Source: Octopus bimaculoides
Lineage: Eukaryota
NCBI RefSeq assembly: GCF_001194135.2
Contig: NC_068994.1
Location: 15,167,796-15,231,795, forward strand
Direction: 5' to 3'
Length of the DNA: 64,000 nt
This document shows positions 38,201 through 49,768 of this stretch, in pieces. Numbering within the stretch: the first letter of the stretch is position 1; each line of letters starts with the position of its first letter. Under the pieces are notes generated by a model. It made no database searches. It was not told where the DNA came from and saw only the letters and a program-made list of their open reading frames with translations. The translations under genes were made by a program, and so were the position numbers.

Positions 38201-38799
38201 AGTATTTACTTGATAATTTTGAAAGATTATAAGCATCTTCAGCAGTAAGATTTTTTTAATAGAGATTATGCTAATAAAATGTCTCTTTAGTAATTGAATA
38301 AAGCAAGCTAGAAAAGATAAACTGCCAAGATAAAAATATTGCCAAACTTGGGTGTATTAGGGTATATAAAGTTAAAATATACTTAATTAAGCACCAAATG
38401 TTAATTTACGTCTGCTGACAGTTTCATATCAGAATGTACTTAAATATTTTAATCAACTCTGTACCAACCATGTCTTATGTTCTCCTAGTTTTGTTCTGTT
38501 GGAAACATCAATATTAGTTACTATATAAATCCTATTTGCTAGATAATGCTAAAGAGATATAGGAAGCAGGAAAAAAAAAAGAGAGAGAGAGAGAAAAGCA
38601 TTAAATAATATTTACACCTAGTTATCTTCAGACATAAACTTTTTTTTTCAGCAACTTTAGTCTCTTACTATAAACAAAATTTCAGATGTTCTAGTCAATT
38701 CTATACTTTGAAAGCATTAAGAATTTCTTTTATCTCATCTGAACTACTACCTTGAAAGATATTTTATTTTGTTCCCTATCTGATTTCATTTTATTTCAG

Positions 38800-38920
38800 G
38801 CTTCCATTTTATTACGAAATAAAAATAGTATTCGTACTATGGTTGTTGTCTCCTGTTACCAAGGGATCCAGTTTCTTGTACAGAAAATTTGTTCATCCAC
38901 AACTTATAAAGAGAGAGAAA
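38800..38920 (+). CDS. REEP: Internal coding exon (121 nt) of the same REEP1-4-subfamily gene; equivalent to exon 4
   Basis: Acceptor ttttatttcag| at 38798-99 and donor |gtaagt at 38921. The first g completes TGG (W) from the previous exon. It then reads [40 protein letters not shown], matching the REEP motif [25 protein letters not shown]. Confidence 0.95.
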
Positions 38921-39500
38921 GTAAGTTTTTCTTTTTCTTTTTTCTTTTTACCAGGATTTATTAAATATCATAGATTGTTACCACCTTAAATGCTACTTTT
39001 CCATCTTACTTTGATAATTCATATCTGTTCTAGATGCTTGTTTGTATATTATTTCACCATTCTAATTAGCTCTGTAACCAAAATTATTTTTGCTGAATGT
39101 CTATTCTCCTGCAACCATCCAACACTAAAATGGTAACTGAAACTAATTGTCATATAGAAAAACCGAGAAATAGAAATATGTAGGCTGTATTTCAACTAAT
39201 GACTCTGGTCATTAGTCCTATATCTTCGCTGTACAGGTGTATTCCTCCTTTTAAGATCAAAGAATTTTATTTCAGAATTATTTCATTTACTGATTTTGGT
39301 AATTTTAATGTGGTTTTAGATGAGAACCACCTCCATATTGACCCCATTGCTCATTTTAGTCTTGTACTTATTTTATCAATCTCTGTATATCAATGCTTTA
39401 GTTTGACCTTTGTTAAGCATAAAGAAGCTAACACACAAGCTTTACACTGATATGCAAATGTGTACATGCACATGCATACATACATGCCATTATTTGTATA

Positions 39501-39882
39501 TGTTGGCACTCCGTTGGTTACGACGACGAGGGTTCCAGTTGATCCGATCAATGGAACAGCCTGCTCGTGAAATTAACGTGCAAGTGGCTGAGCACTCCAC
39601 AGACACATGTACCCTTAACGTAGTTCTCGGGGATATTCAGCGTGACACAGTGTGACAAGGCTGACCCTTTGAAATACAAGCACAACAGAAACAGGAAGTA
39701 AGAGTGAGAGAAAGTTGTGGTGAAAGAGTACAGCAGGGTTCGCCACCATCCCCTGCCGGAGCCTCGTGGAGCTTAAGGTGTTTTCGCTCAATAAACACTC
39801 ACAACGCCTGGTCTGGGAATCGAAACCGCGATCCTATGACTGCGAGTTCGCTGCCCTAACTACTGGGCCATTGCGCCTCCAC
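39501..39882 (-). mobile_element. Full-length young tRNA-derived SINE (probably an octopus OR-type family; name recalled, unverified)
   Basis: Minus-strand head gtggaggcgcaaTGGCCCAGTAGttaggg...GGTTTCGATTCC (A/B boxes), with CpGs retained. Near-identical to 63683-64000. Confidence 0.85.
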
Positions 39883-40809
39883 TTTGATCATAGAACATTG
39901 TGCATAAATAACATTTTTGTAGTCTTTACTTGCTTTAAACATTAACTTCACACATAAACACACTCTGTATATTCCAAATTCTCTACTTCCAAAAGTGTGC
40001 AAGAAAAAAATGACACTTGGAGACAATCAATGAGCTGGCTGATTTTCAATTGAAGCATAATGTAGACAGATGGAAACACAAAATTGTAAACGATTGAAGG
40101 TGAGGTGAATAGTCTGAAGATCATCCACCATTTGTGAAATCTTGTAAACATATTTTTAAGTTTGTCATGTTAGCATTAGATGATTAGATGTACAAATTTA
40201 GACATCAGCATAAAATGCGATAGCCAATATTTTATTGCAGTTTTGTTGGCATTTATAAAAAAAGAAACCCCACAAAAATGTGTTAAGAAAATATGGTAGT
40301 TTATATCTTTCTCTCATGGAAAATTCTGTATATAGATCAACGCTTGGTAGTGGCATACTAAGTCATAAAAATCTGGTTATGGACTCAGTTGCAAAAATGA
40401 TCAGAGAACCTCCTCAGATAAAAACTACTAACAGCAGTTGCTCTATTTTGGTATTTATTTTTCCAGAATATTTTACTCTTTCTAATAATAAAAGTGTATC
40501 GTTTTTAGTGCATACTTAGAACAACCATCTGTTGTAATTTGGGAGTGGGGAAAGGAATGACACCACCATTTCTTATTAAGTTAATTTTAAATGCTTGAGA
40601 TCCCCTCATGTCCCTTCCCCACTCTTATATAACTTTTTTGTTTTTCTTGCAAGTTTACAAGTGCTTATTTGATCAACCTTACATAACTGGGCATTACTGT
40701 AAATTTTAACAAGCTGGCTGGTTTGTTATGGAGTTTAGACTTCACACTCACCCATTAAACTTGTGCACTGCTTTCTCATCATACGTGGTTGCCCAGCCCA
40801 CTAGAAATT

Positions 40810-40980
40810 CCAGCCAGATCTTTCTATCATGCCCTACTGTCTATAAAAAAGGAGGTACACATTGTTGATGTGGAATAGGATGTAGTTTCAGAATAAAAAA
40901 AGACTGGATGGCCATGGCCAGAATACCTTTGATCACATGTAGGTCATTTCAAACAAGGTTACTCTGGGGTTAAAGAACAA
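40810..40980 (+). mobile_element. SINE/LINE 3' fragment with a ...ggctaaacaac-type tail
   Basis: ccctactgtc...ggatggccatggccagaatacctttgatca...ggggttaaagaacaac, related to 44200-44430 and 50510-50680. Confidence 0.55.
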
Positions 40981-43969
40981 CTGTTACACCTACTTTTAAA
41001 TCTTGTGTATTGACAGTTTTGTTTAGAAAATGAGCATCTGATTAGCTTCTGGTAGTTGTCTATAGTTTCCCAGCACAACTAAATCGATGGAAATGTAGAG
41101 ACCTGTGTTGGTTAGACTTTCTAAAAGAGACTTAGAAAAATATTTCAATCATCTGGGGATTAATTTATTACATATTTTTGTATATCCAGTATCATCTAAA
41201 ATTATACACCTGAGCACTCATACGTATATGTGTGCTCATGTATTTGTGAGTACTCAACCATATACATGTGGTCACTCATAGCATTTATAAACATACTCTG
41301 ATATGTGCGTATGTACTCACACATAGAAAAAATTTACGTTAACCATTTCTGGAGTTGAATATATCTCAGCAGTATGTCCACAGCCTTTGGGCTGAAACAC
41401 CAAAGAATAAAAGAATAATGATATTTTATTTATTTTCAAGAATGAAAAGCAACCATTAATTCATTATTAAATAATCACTGGTTTTTAGTTCTTGGTTTGC
41501 TTAAATATTTTTTAGCATAAAATATTACAATCACTCTCAAAGATATACAATGCATATTCAACATAATTTGGAATGAGAATGAGAGAGAAAACATGAAGCC
41601 CAGCTGGAATTTATGGACTTTTCTCATATATTTCATCCCAGTAGCTTCACTGCTTAGTTTCTGTGTTCCTTTATTGTTAGAAATGATGCTTTGAGTTGTT
41701 TTCAAAACAAAAAAATATTTTCAACTTTTTCAAATCCTGTTTTGTCTAAAGGTTGTGAGTGAACCTAAAAACTAGGAGTTCTGCCTGCCAACTCTTCTAT
41801 TTGGCTTTGTAGCTATTTCTCTATACTCTTTCAACCATTCACTTGGACGTTTCCCGCCACTGGAATCAATTATATTTGTTCATTCGCTTCGATAACTTGA
41901 AAGCTGTATTGTTAAAGAAATGCTCCATTCCCACTACTACTACCACATATTGCTTGGCTGAATTTCTTTCTACTTCAGCTGTAGCATTTCAATTTTTCTT
42001 TCAACTGCTTCAGTTTGGATTTTACTCATTAAATGTATTTACAAGCATTTGCTTGCAGCCATACAAATATTCATAGTTGAACACATCTGATTATATTCTT
42101 TATGTAGATACAAACCTTCTCAAGACTTTTCTTTCTCTCCTTTTTTCCTTCACATTTGAAGAGCTTTGTATCTATTCTTTAAAAAACTCAAGAGAAGTCA
42201 TAGCACAGCTCTTGTAGTTCTAGGAACTATTAACATTACCTGAACAGCCATGCTGAGGAGAGACTTTATAATTTATTCATTCTTAATATTATTTTCTGCT
42301 CATTGAATAAATTTCAAAATATAACTTTGCATTCAAGAAAGCCGAAAAATAATTGTAGTTTAAATTTATGAATACACCATCATTGTCATAGTTTTAATAT
42401 CTATTTTACCACGACAGCAAAGATTAGATGTATTGCAAATGATATATTAATGTATAGCCAGTAACATCACCATTAATAGCCTCGTGTCTACTTTGTAAAG
42501 GCTAAATTGATTTTTTTTTTTTTCCTACTATCCTACAATATTTATTTGCTTAGTTCTTGGTAGCTATTCTCTCCACAAATATTTATCAAACTAAAATCAT
42601 GAAGCAAATATTATTGAACAGAGGACAAAGAACTATTACTGGTGTCATGCTATGTCCTTTTCAGATTTGTAATAGAATGTCTGTGTGGTACTAATTACAG
42701 TTGTCATTCATATGAATTTTCTGTGTGATATTTTATGTAGTAGAGACTGGTGTGCAGTCAACAGCCAATTACTTTTAATTAGCACAGATCAGTCTTGTCC
42801 AGTTAGATCTTTAATGTATAAAAGTAGTTGATGTATTACTTGAAAGTGACTCTCAAATTTGGTCTTCTTTAATTCGTTTATCAATCTTAAATGGTTACAC
42901 AATTAAGTTACCTTTAACAACAACCAGATGTAAATGTGCCTGCCATTATCATTTATCCAGCCAATTCCTTGTTTGGATCACAGTAGTAAGCTTGAGTCCA
43001 GTTGCACATATTCTGTAAATAACTGGAACGCTTTGATATTTCATGTCTACTTTTTTGCAGCTAGTGAAACTGAGTCATTGTCATATCCACACATATTTGT
43101 ATTGGTAGCTTATTGTATTTTGTTTTAAACCATATTTTATGTGTGTCAGTATAGAAAAAACAGACATAATAATAATACTAATAATGATGATGACCAGGAT
43201 TATCTCAAAAGTCAATCATTTGTATACTATTTCTGACAGAAATATCAGCTAAAATACTAAATGTTATAAAAATTTACAGAATATATTCAAAATACATTCT
43301 TATTGGCATAGAAGGCAAAACATTTCTAATTAGGCAGGTGTATTTTTGAATAGATAGCATTTACTTAATTTTTTTTTTTTTTTTTATCTCTAAAGCTATT
43401 CTTGATTATAAAAAAAAAAGTCTATAGATAATACAGCAAAGTTACTTTTTAATCTATTTTATCAGTTTTGTTTAGCAAAATTTCTTGGAATTTCTTTTAG
43501 TGTAGTGAGATCGCAAAAATATATCTGTTTTCCTCTTATTAAACACTGCTAGTATATTCCTTCGCTTCCGGCACATATAAGCATTGATGAATAAAGTATT
43601 TGATGTCGCTTAGTATTTTAATTGTGAAGGCAATTTTCCTGGCTTTTATTGAATAAGGCTCTGCTTTGAATCGCATTGTTATTTCACAAGTTATAGCATT
43701 TTCTAGTTGTTGTTGCTCTAGGCAACATAAAAACAAGCCGAGGCTAATATTGAAAGTGTAACCATTTGGAAAAGCTACCAAGTATTGAAGCAAATAATTT
43801 CCATTGGTTTATATAATAAAGTAGTATCACAAGTCACTCTTTGCTGTGAAATGAATTGGTAAATTCAGCTTATTCATATCATTCTGTTTAAGACTCTTGC
43901 TAAACACCTCTGCGCTGAATCTATATTGTAAGTTTGTATAGAATAATAATCAAAGCCTAAGTAAGTCAG

Positions 43970-44430
43970 GCTAAACACCAAGTGAGATTGACAGAACTAA
44001 CTTGAGAGGGGCTATGTGAAGTAAAACAACAGCCATATCTTCTATAAACCATAGTCTAATATTAAACAGGGAAGGACACACACTAGGTAGTATAATCCCA
44101 GACCCTTTCCCACTCCCGGAAAGTAAAAATAGACTGATAGCTACGGCTGGAAAGTCTTTCATCGTAAGTCTGCTTGGTTAGAGTTAATTTAGAGCTAAAC
44201 AACAACACACATAAGGTAATCTCTACATGGTCACTTGACCTGCTAGAAATGGCAGCCAAATTTCATTACATCCTATCTATATTAAAAGAGAACATATTGG
44301 ATTAACCAATCCTAGATACATTGTGTCTGTATAAAAGATGAGATAAGAGAATATAACAGATGGCAATTGCTTGAATGCTTTTGTTGTAAATCTACTCATT
44401 AAGGGCTACATTGAAGCTAAACAATAACAA
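43970..44430 (+). mobile_element. Two tandem retroposon 3' units of about 223 nt with different bodies and a shared ...gctaaacaac tail
   Basis: gctaaaca at 43970, 44194 and 44416. The last 60 nt or so of the two units align. Confidence 0.55.
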
Positions 44431-46264
44431 ATCTTTCTAACCAATGAGGAATCCCTTATATGAGTATTTCTCATTTATTCTCATGCAAAAATGTACACTA
44501 AATAATCTCTCTTTATCTAATAGCTCATATCACTACCAAAATGATAGTGTGTTTAGGGATAGTTAGAAATTAAAGTGAAATTTAAATCTTTATAGAGTAT
44601 TTATATTAAATTGCTTACAATTCACTAAATTTCTTTATCTTTTGTCAATGATATAATTTGATTAGCTATTAAGCATAACAATTTTATTTCTTAAAAATTA
44701 AGACATTGTGGATTTACTGAAATAACCTTTTACAAAATGTAGCAATGTGATCTCAGTGTAATTATCTTACATTATGCATTCTACCCCAATTTAGTTTTGC
44801 TGTCAACTTTCATTAATGCTTATTATCTGTTCATCTTTCATAAGTACCTCATTTAAGCCATGTAAACTTGAGAGTTCTTCAAAAGCTATTTCTTTTATAT
44901 CAGACTTTCATTCCTTGTCAATAATTTATATTCTTCTCAAAGCCTTTAAGACATCTGTTGGTGAAAACTCCACTCTGTGATTTCTTTCTTGATGGTGGGA
45001 ACTGAAAAGTGTCCCTTTATTTTTTTTCTTTTATTATTATTAATATTAGTGAATATATTTTTCTGAATATTTTTATATGCTGAGCAAGAGTTTGTTACAA
45101 GAATTCAACTTTTTCTAAATTTTTAAACTTAGTAAAAATTCAAAATTCAAACACTTAATTCATAAGATGCAAATACATGACTTTTAATAATCACATACAT
45201 GGTTTATGAAAAGAATGGATTTTCTATGCCATCTGATTAAAATAATGCATTTCAAGTTATGGACCCAACAATGACACAAGTCTTTGAATGGCAGAATGTA
45301 TTGAATGATTGCTTTTATAACCTCTTGGGTTTTTGAAAATTGATTTCAGAGACTCAAGTGTAAGCATTAATAAATACTTGGGAGAAACACCATGCTCTGG
45401 GCAGTATTACTACTGGTATATATTATTCTGTTCATTTTGAAAATCAGTTGTTAATTATTTATTGCTTATATGCTTATACACATCAATTATATAAAACATT
45501 ATGTCACCTCATCATGATTTAATGTCCCTTTTTCCATGGATTGGGCACTTCAACAGGAACTGATAAGCTACGGGGCTGTGTCAAGCTCCAGTGTCTACTT
45601 TGGCATGCTTTATACAGCAGAGTAGTGGATGCTTTTTTCATGGTACCAGCACTTGTGAGATCACCAAATACTCACAAGACAAGGCTCCCTCAACAGAGTA
45701 GTGTATAGTACCGAATGGTGTGAAAGTATGATAGAGGGACAAGAACAGTTGTCTTGTTGAAGAGGTGAATATGCAACTTCCCCTGCTGGAAAGAGAGATG
45801 GGGATGGAGAGAGAGAGAGATATGATGATGATGATAATGTGGGCATACCCTCAAGGTACAGGATGAATACGAAGTTATCACCTACATCTCTCTCTTTACA
45901 TATCTATGTATCTTTTTGTGCTTTATGTATGTGTATATACATATGCACAAACGTGCACATGCATGCACACACACAGCTAGGTTGTTTAGTTTCTTTGCTG
46001 CTGTTGGCTGGTTGTTTGAATTGTTTATAGACAGCTGATGAAGAAATGACAGGTAGTAGACAAGGTTACTGCAGTGAATGAGAGATTTAGAGAGTGAGAG
46101 TTGATAGAGATGGTGTGAGTAACTGAAAGAAAGAGAGAAGAGAGAAAAAAAAAATGGGGAAGAAGGTGACTGGTGTGAAAGTAGGTGGAAGGAAGGGCTA
46201 GCAGTATACTGTGAGTTAAGCTATCATTTCCCAATTTGGAGATATGCACACACACGCATACACA

Positions 46265-46365
46265 CACTGCTTCCTGACTGCATGGTTTCTAGTTTAGTTC
46301 CACTGCATGGCACCTTGAGCAAGTATATTCCGCAATAGCCCTGAGCTGTCCAAAGCCTTGAAAGA
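46265..46365 (+). mobile_element. tRNA-derived SINE head fragment (family of 48167/62050)
   Basis: catggtttctagtttagttccactgcatggcaccttgagcaag...ccaaagccttg. Confidence 0.7.
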
Positions 46366-47656
46366 ACCATGATTTGTGTATGTGGGTGTGTTTGTGTGTG
46401 CGTGCATGGGTGCACATAATCATTTAATGGCATGAGTTGGATGATTCAACAAGTCAGAGGACTCTGTTGTGCACCAATATCTGCTTTGGAATGGTTTCTG
46501 TGGCTGGATACCCTTCCAAATGCCAACCACTTTAGGGTGTGCTCATTGTCATGCATTTATTGTTCACTTTTACTGTGCATTAATGTCACAATAACAAAAG
46601 TCTTTCTGATTAAGCCTAAGTTCTCCCATTGGATGAAGCCACAGCATTACTTTGCCAAGAAAACACTGAGAAAATCAGAACAGAGGTATTGAGGTGGTTT
46701 ACCATTGCCTTCCCCAACTGGATAACCATTGGCCCACAAGGAATTCCACCACCCATTGACAGATCTTGATTTTAGTCCTGCTGATTGTCCTGACACCCTC
46801 CTCACAGGAGTAGCAAGTTACTCAAGTGAGGGAGCTAATTTAGTCACCGACTACCCAATCGTGGAACAGGTAGTACTTACTGGTTCACATGGTACCTGTA
46901 GCAGGTCTCATCAGCCTTTGATCAGATCCTTGACCTGACTGAGTTATGGAGTGTACTGGGTGCTTTTTCGGTGGCTCCAGCACTAGTGAAGTCACCACGT
47001 AGTTTGTAAAATTAAGATCCCTTTCAACCGAGTGGTACTATACAGCAGAGAGGGAAGCAATCTTATGCTAAGTGGTGAGAGGTTAAGGTATGAAAGAAGG
47101 GGCAGGAAGAGGTTTCTTGCCATAGAAGAGATACATGACTACCTCACATTATATAAGTGGCTGGGAGTAATTAGGATGGAGCTGGCAGGAGAGATAAAGA
47201 TGGTGGTGACAAGGTGTCAGACTGTGCCTGCAAGGTACAAAAAAAAGATGAATATAACTGAGAGTGGGGATAGAAGAAAAGTAAGGGTGGATGAGTAGAG
47301 ATTGCAAGAGTGTATAGGAAGAGCAAGGGATGGTTAGAGATGAGGTAGGGTATGGTGAATAAAGTTACGGTGGGGGTATCAGAAAAATATGAGTCAGAGG
47401 AACACATGCACGTGTGTGTGTGTGTGTGTGTGTACATATATGTATTTATGCAAATACTTTTATGTACACACATGCACACACACACTTGCACACAGTAGTC
47501 TTTACTTAACATTTTTGATCGATCTTTGTGAAATACAACTTTAAGAGAAACAACATAATGTGAAGCAAATTTTACCTTTGGTTTGATGATATAAACAAGA
47601 ATTACATTCCTCTGGTGTATTCCTAGCGACTAAGACACCTAATAAAGACTCTAAAT

Positions 47657-47891
47657 CAATGGTTCTCAACCAATTTTTGCCTGTGGACCCATTTTGATCC
47701 CTATTTTACTCAGATAGATCCTCATCACCATTTGATGTTTAAAAAAATCCTTTTATATTTTTATAATTAAATACTATTAGGAATTGTATGGAAACAATTA
47801 AAATATTTTATGTATTATGAAAATATAACCAACTTATTGCAAATAACTTTTAGCCACAAAACATTTTATGGAGCCCAGTTAAGAACCACTG
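47657..47891. mobile_element. hAT (Charlie/MER5-type) MITE with a perfect 8-bp TSD
   Basis: CTCTAAAT|caatggttctcaacc...agttaagaaccactg|CTCTAAAT (TSD at 47649-56 and 47892-99). Confidence 0.92.
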
Positions 47892-48166
47892 CTCTAAATA
47901 AAGAATCGAAACACTTCTAGAATTAAACACTGAATGAGATGTGTGCAATAAATACAATATAGAGAGATTAATGAAAATCAATAAGATTTATGTAAAGAAT
48001 ATGTCCGAGGTTTGGTGTCAAGCATTATTTTACTTCTGTTGGTATAATCTCTTGTAGCAGTTGTATCCAGTTATTAATCTGTTTGCCTTTTGCATGAGTC
48101 TCTCTTTGAGGATCTTTTTCTTTCCTTTTTTTTTTCTTTTCTGTTTTGTTTGGTGAAAATAACCAT

Positions 48167-48565
48167 AGTGGCTGTGTGGTAAGTAGCTTGCTTACCAACC
48201 ACATGGTTCTGGGTTCAGTCCCACTGTGTGGCACCTTGGGCAAGTGTCTTCTACTATAGCCTTGGGCCGACCAAAGCCTTGTGAGTTGATTTGGTAGACG
48301 GAAACTGAAAGAAGCCCGTTGTATATATATGTGTGTATATATATATATATATATGTATGTGTGTATATGTTTGTGTGTCTGTGTTTGTTCCCCCAACTTC
48401 GCTTGACAACCGAGGCTAGTGTGTTTACGTCCCCGTAACTTAGCGGTTCGGCAAAAAGAGACCGATAGAATAAGTCCCGGGGTCGATTTGCTTGACTAAA
48501 AAGGCAGTGCCCCAGCATGGCCGCAATCAAATGGCTGAAACAAGTAAAAGAGTAAAATAAAAGAG
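48167..48565 (+). mobile_element. Full-length young tRNA-derived SINE with an internal TA/TG microsatellite
   Basis: agTGGCTGTGTGGtaagtagc...GGTTCAGTCCcactg...aatggctgaaacaagtaaaagag. Highly similar to 62050-62433. Confidence 0.9.
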
Positions 48566-49053
48566 TATAGCATTATCTAAAACTGGAAAGCCTCTGACAA
48601 ATTTTTAGTTACTAAAATTTTTGGTGGTTTTGGCTCCTCATTTTTAACATTGTCTTCAGCACAGTGTTCTATCTTCTGCAAAGTCCTCATTAGACATTTC
48701 TTCATCATGAGATTTGAATAACTCCCCTGTTTTATAATCTAAGTGCTGTTGTACCTTAAAAAAAGTTGTCTCAGTAAAGTAGACAGTAGATGTACAAAGG
48801 TTGTATCTTAGACAAGGCTTGTTAAAAAATGATAACTACTATTGTAATCAATCATTGTATGTTTTTGTTTATTTATATTTTACTGAATTAAAGACAGCAA
48901 GTTACAAAAGAATCAAAGAAAGCTAAGAGAAAACAAATATTCAGTTTGATAGGCATACATTTTGTGGATTTGTATTTTGGTTTTACATTCTTTAACATTG
49001 ATAGAACAAAATAATGTTAAGTGAGGTCTCCCTGTAATACACACAAACAGACA

Positions 49054-49253
49054 TGAAGGACGCTGGAAAGTTCCTGGCTTTAAGGGTATTGCAAAAGACC
49101 TGGTTCGAGGCCCAACCTTCCAAGTTCTTTTACAAGGCTTAGAAATACTTGCAATAGGTGTGTGAATCTGGGAGGGGAATATGTTGATTAAAATTAACTG
49201 ATCCTCCTGTATTTTCTTTTACCCAAAGCCACAAACTTTCCAGCATTCCCTTG
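49054..49253 (-). mobile_element. Mariner-type MITE (family of 11215), opposite orientation
   Basis: gaaggacgctggaaagttcctggcttt...aaactttccagcattcccttg|TA. Confidence 0.8.
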
Positions 49254-49317
49254 TATATTTATACATATAAATACATATGTATACATACATAAACATACAC
49301 ACACACATACATATAGT

Positions 49318-49768
49318 ATATGTTGGGCCTCTAGTGTATACATCTAGTATATATTGGGCCTTACGGAGACAATGACTAGTGACCAAGACCTTTAGCAATA
49401 TGCCATGCTTGAGAAGACCTGTCAAGCCAAGTGAAATCGTAGTCATGGTTGATGCTGGTGTCACTTAACTGACACCTGTGCCAGTGGCATGTAAAAGGTA
49501 CTTTTCAAGCATTGAGCCTCACGGAGGCAAGGTGGACAATGCTGGTGGCACATGAAAAGCATTTTTTCAAGTGTTGGGTCTCACAGAGGCAATGACAAAT
49601 GACCGAAACCTTTGGCATCAAGCCAAGTGAAATCATGATTGTAGCAGACACTGGTGTCATACAAATGGCACCTATGTCAGTGGCACATGAAAGCACCCAT
49701 TATACTCTCGGAGTGGTTGGCTTTAGAAAGGCATCCAGGTGTAGAAACCATGCCAAATCAGACTAGAT
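49318..49768 (+). mobile_element. Retroposon fragment with internally repeated ggcac.tgtgccagtggcac.taaaa units (RTE-tailed SINE family)
   Basis: The units repeat 2-3 times, followed by cactctcggagtggttggc...gcatccag.tgtagaaacc, as at 58140-58200. Confidence 0.7.

Larger units (their letters stand above)
8724..38799 (+). other. REEP: GT-AG intron (30,076 nt as assembled) between the two REEP exons
   Basis: Canonical gtaagt...ttcag ends. The join restores the W-LPFYY frame. The length includes N-gaps, so it is approximate. Confidence 0.88.

Noticed and set aside
38752-38964. ORF-track frame MKDILF...[14 protein letters not shown]... over the second exon
   Set aside because: This is the wrong frame. 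The conserved REEP protein is in the +1 frame, and a second open frame over 121 nt is plausible by chance.
41840-42080. Purine-rich minus-strand stretch resembling a transposon accessory ORF
   Set aside because: There are stops in all frames and no identifiable motif.
43970-44430. CRISPR-like repeat-spacer periodicity
   Set aside because: The sequence is eukaryotic, the repeats are only 8 nt, and the 'spacers' are known repeat bodies. No CRISPR array is present in the window.
46885-46915. Minus-strand CTGATGA-gacctg cta caggt as a hammerhead
   Set aside because: It is followed by accatg rather than GAAA, and there is no stem I or III.
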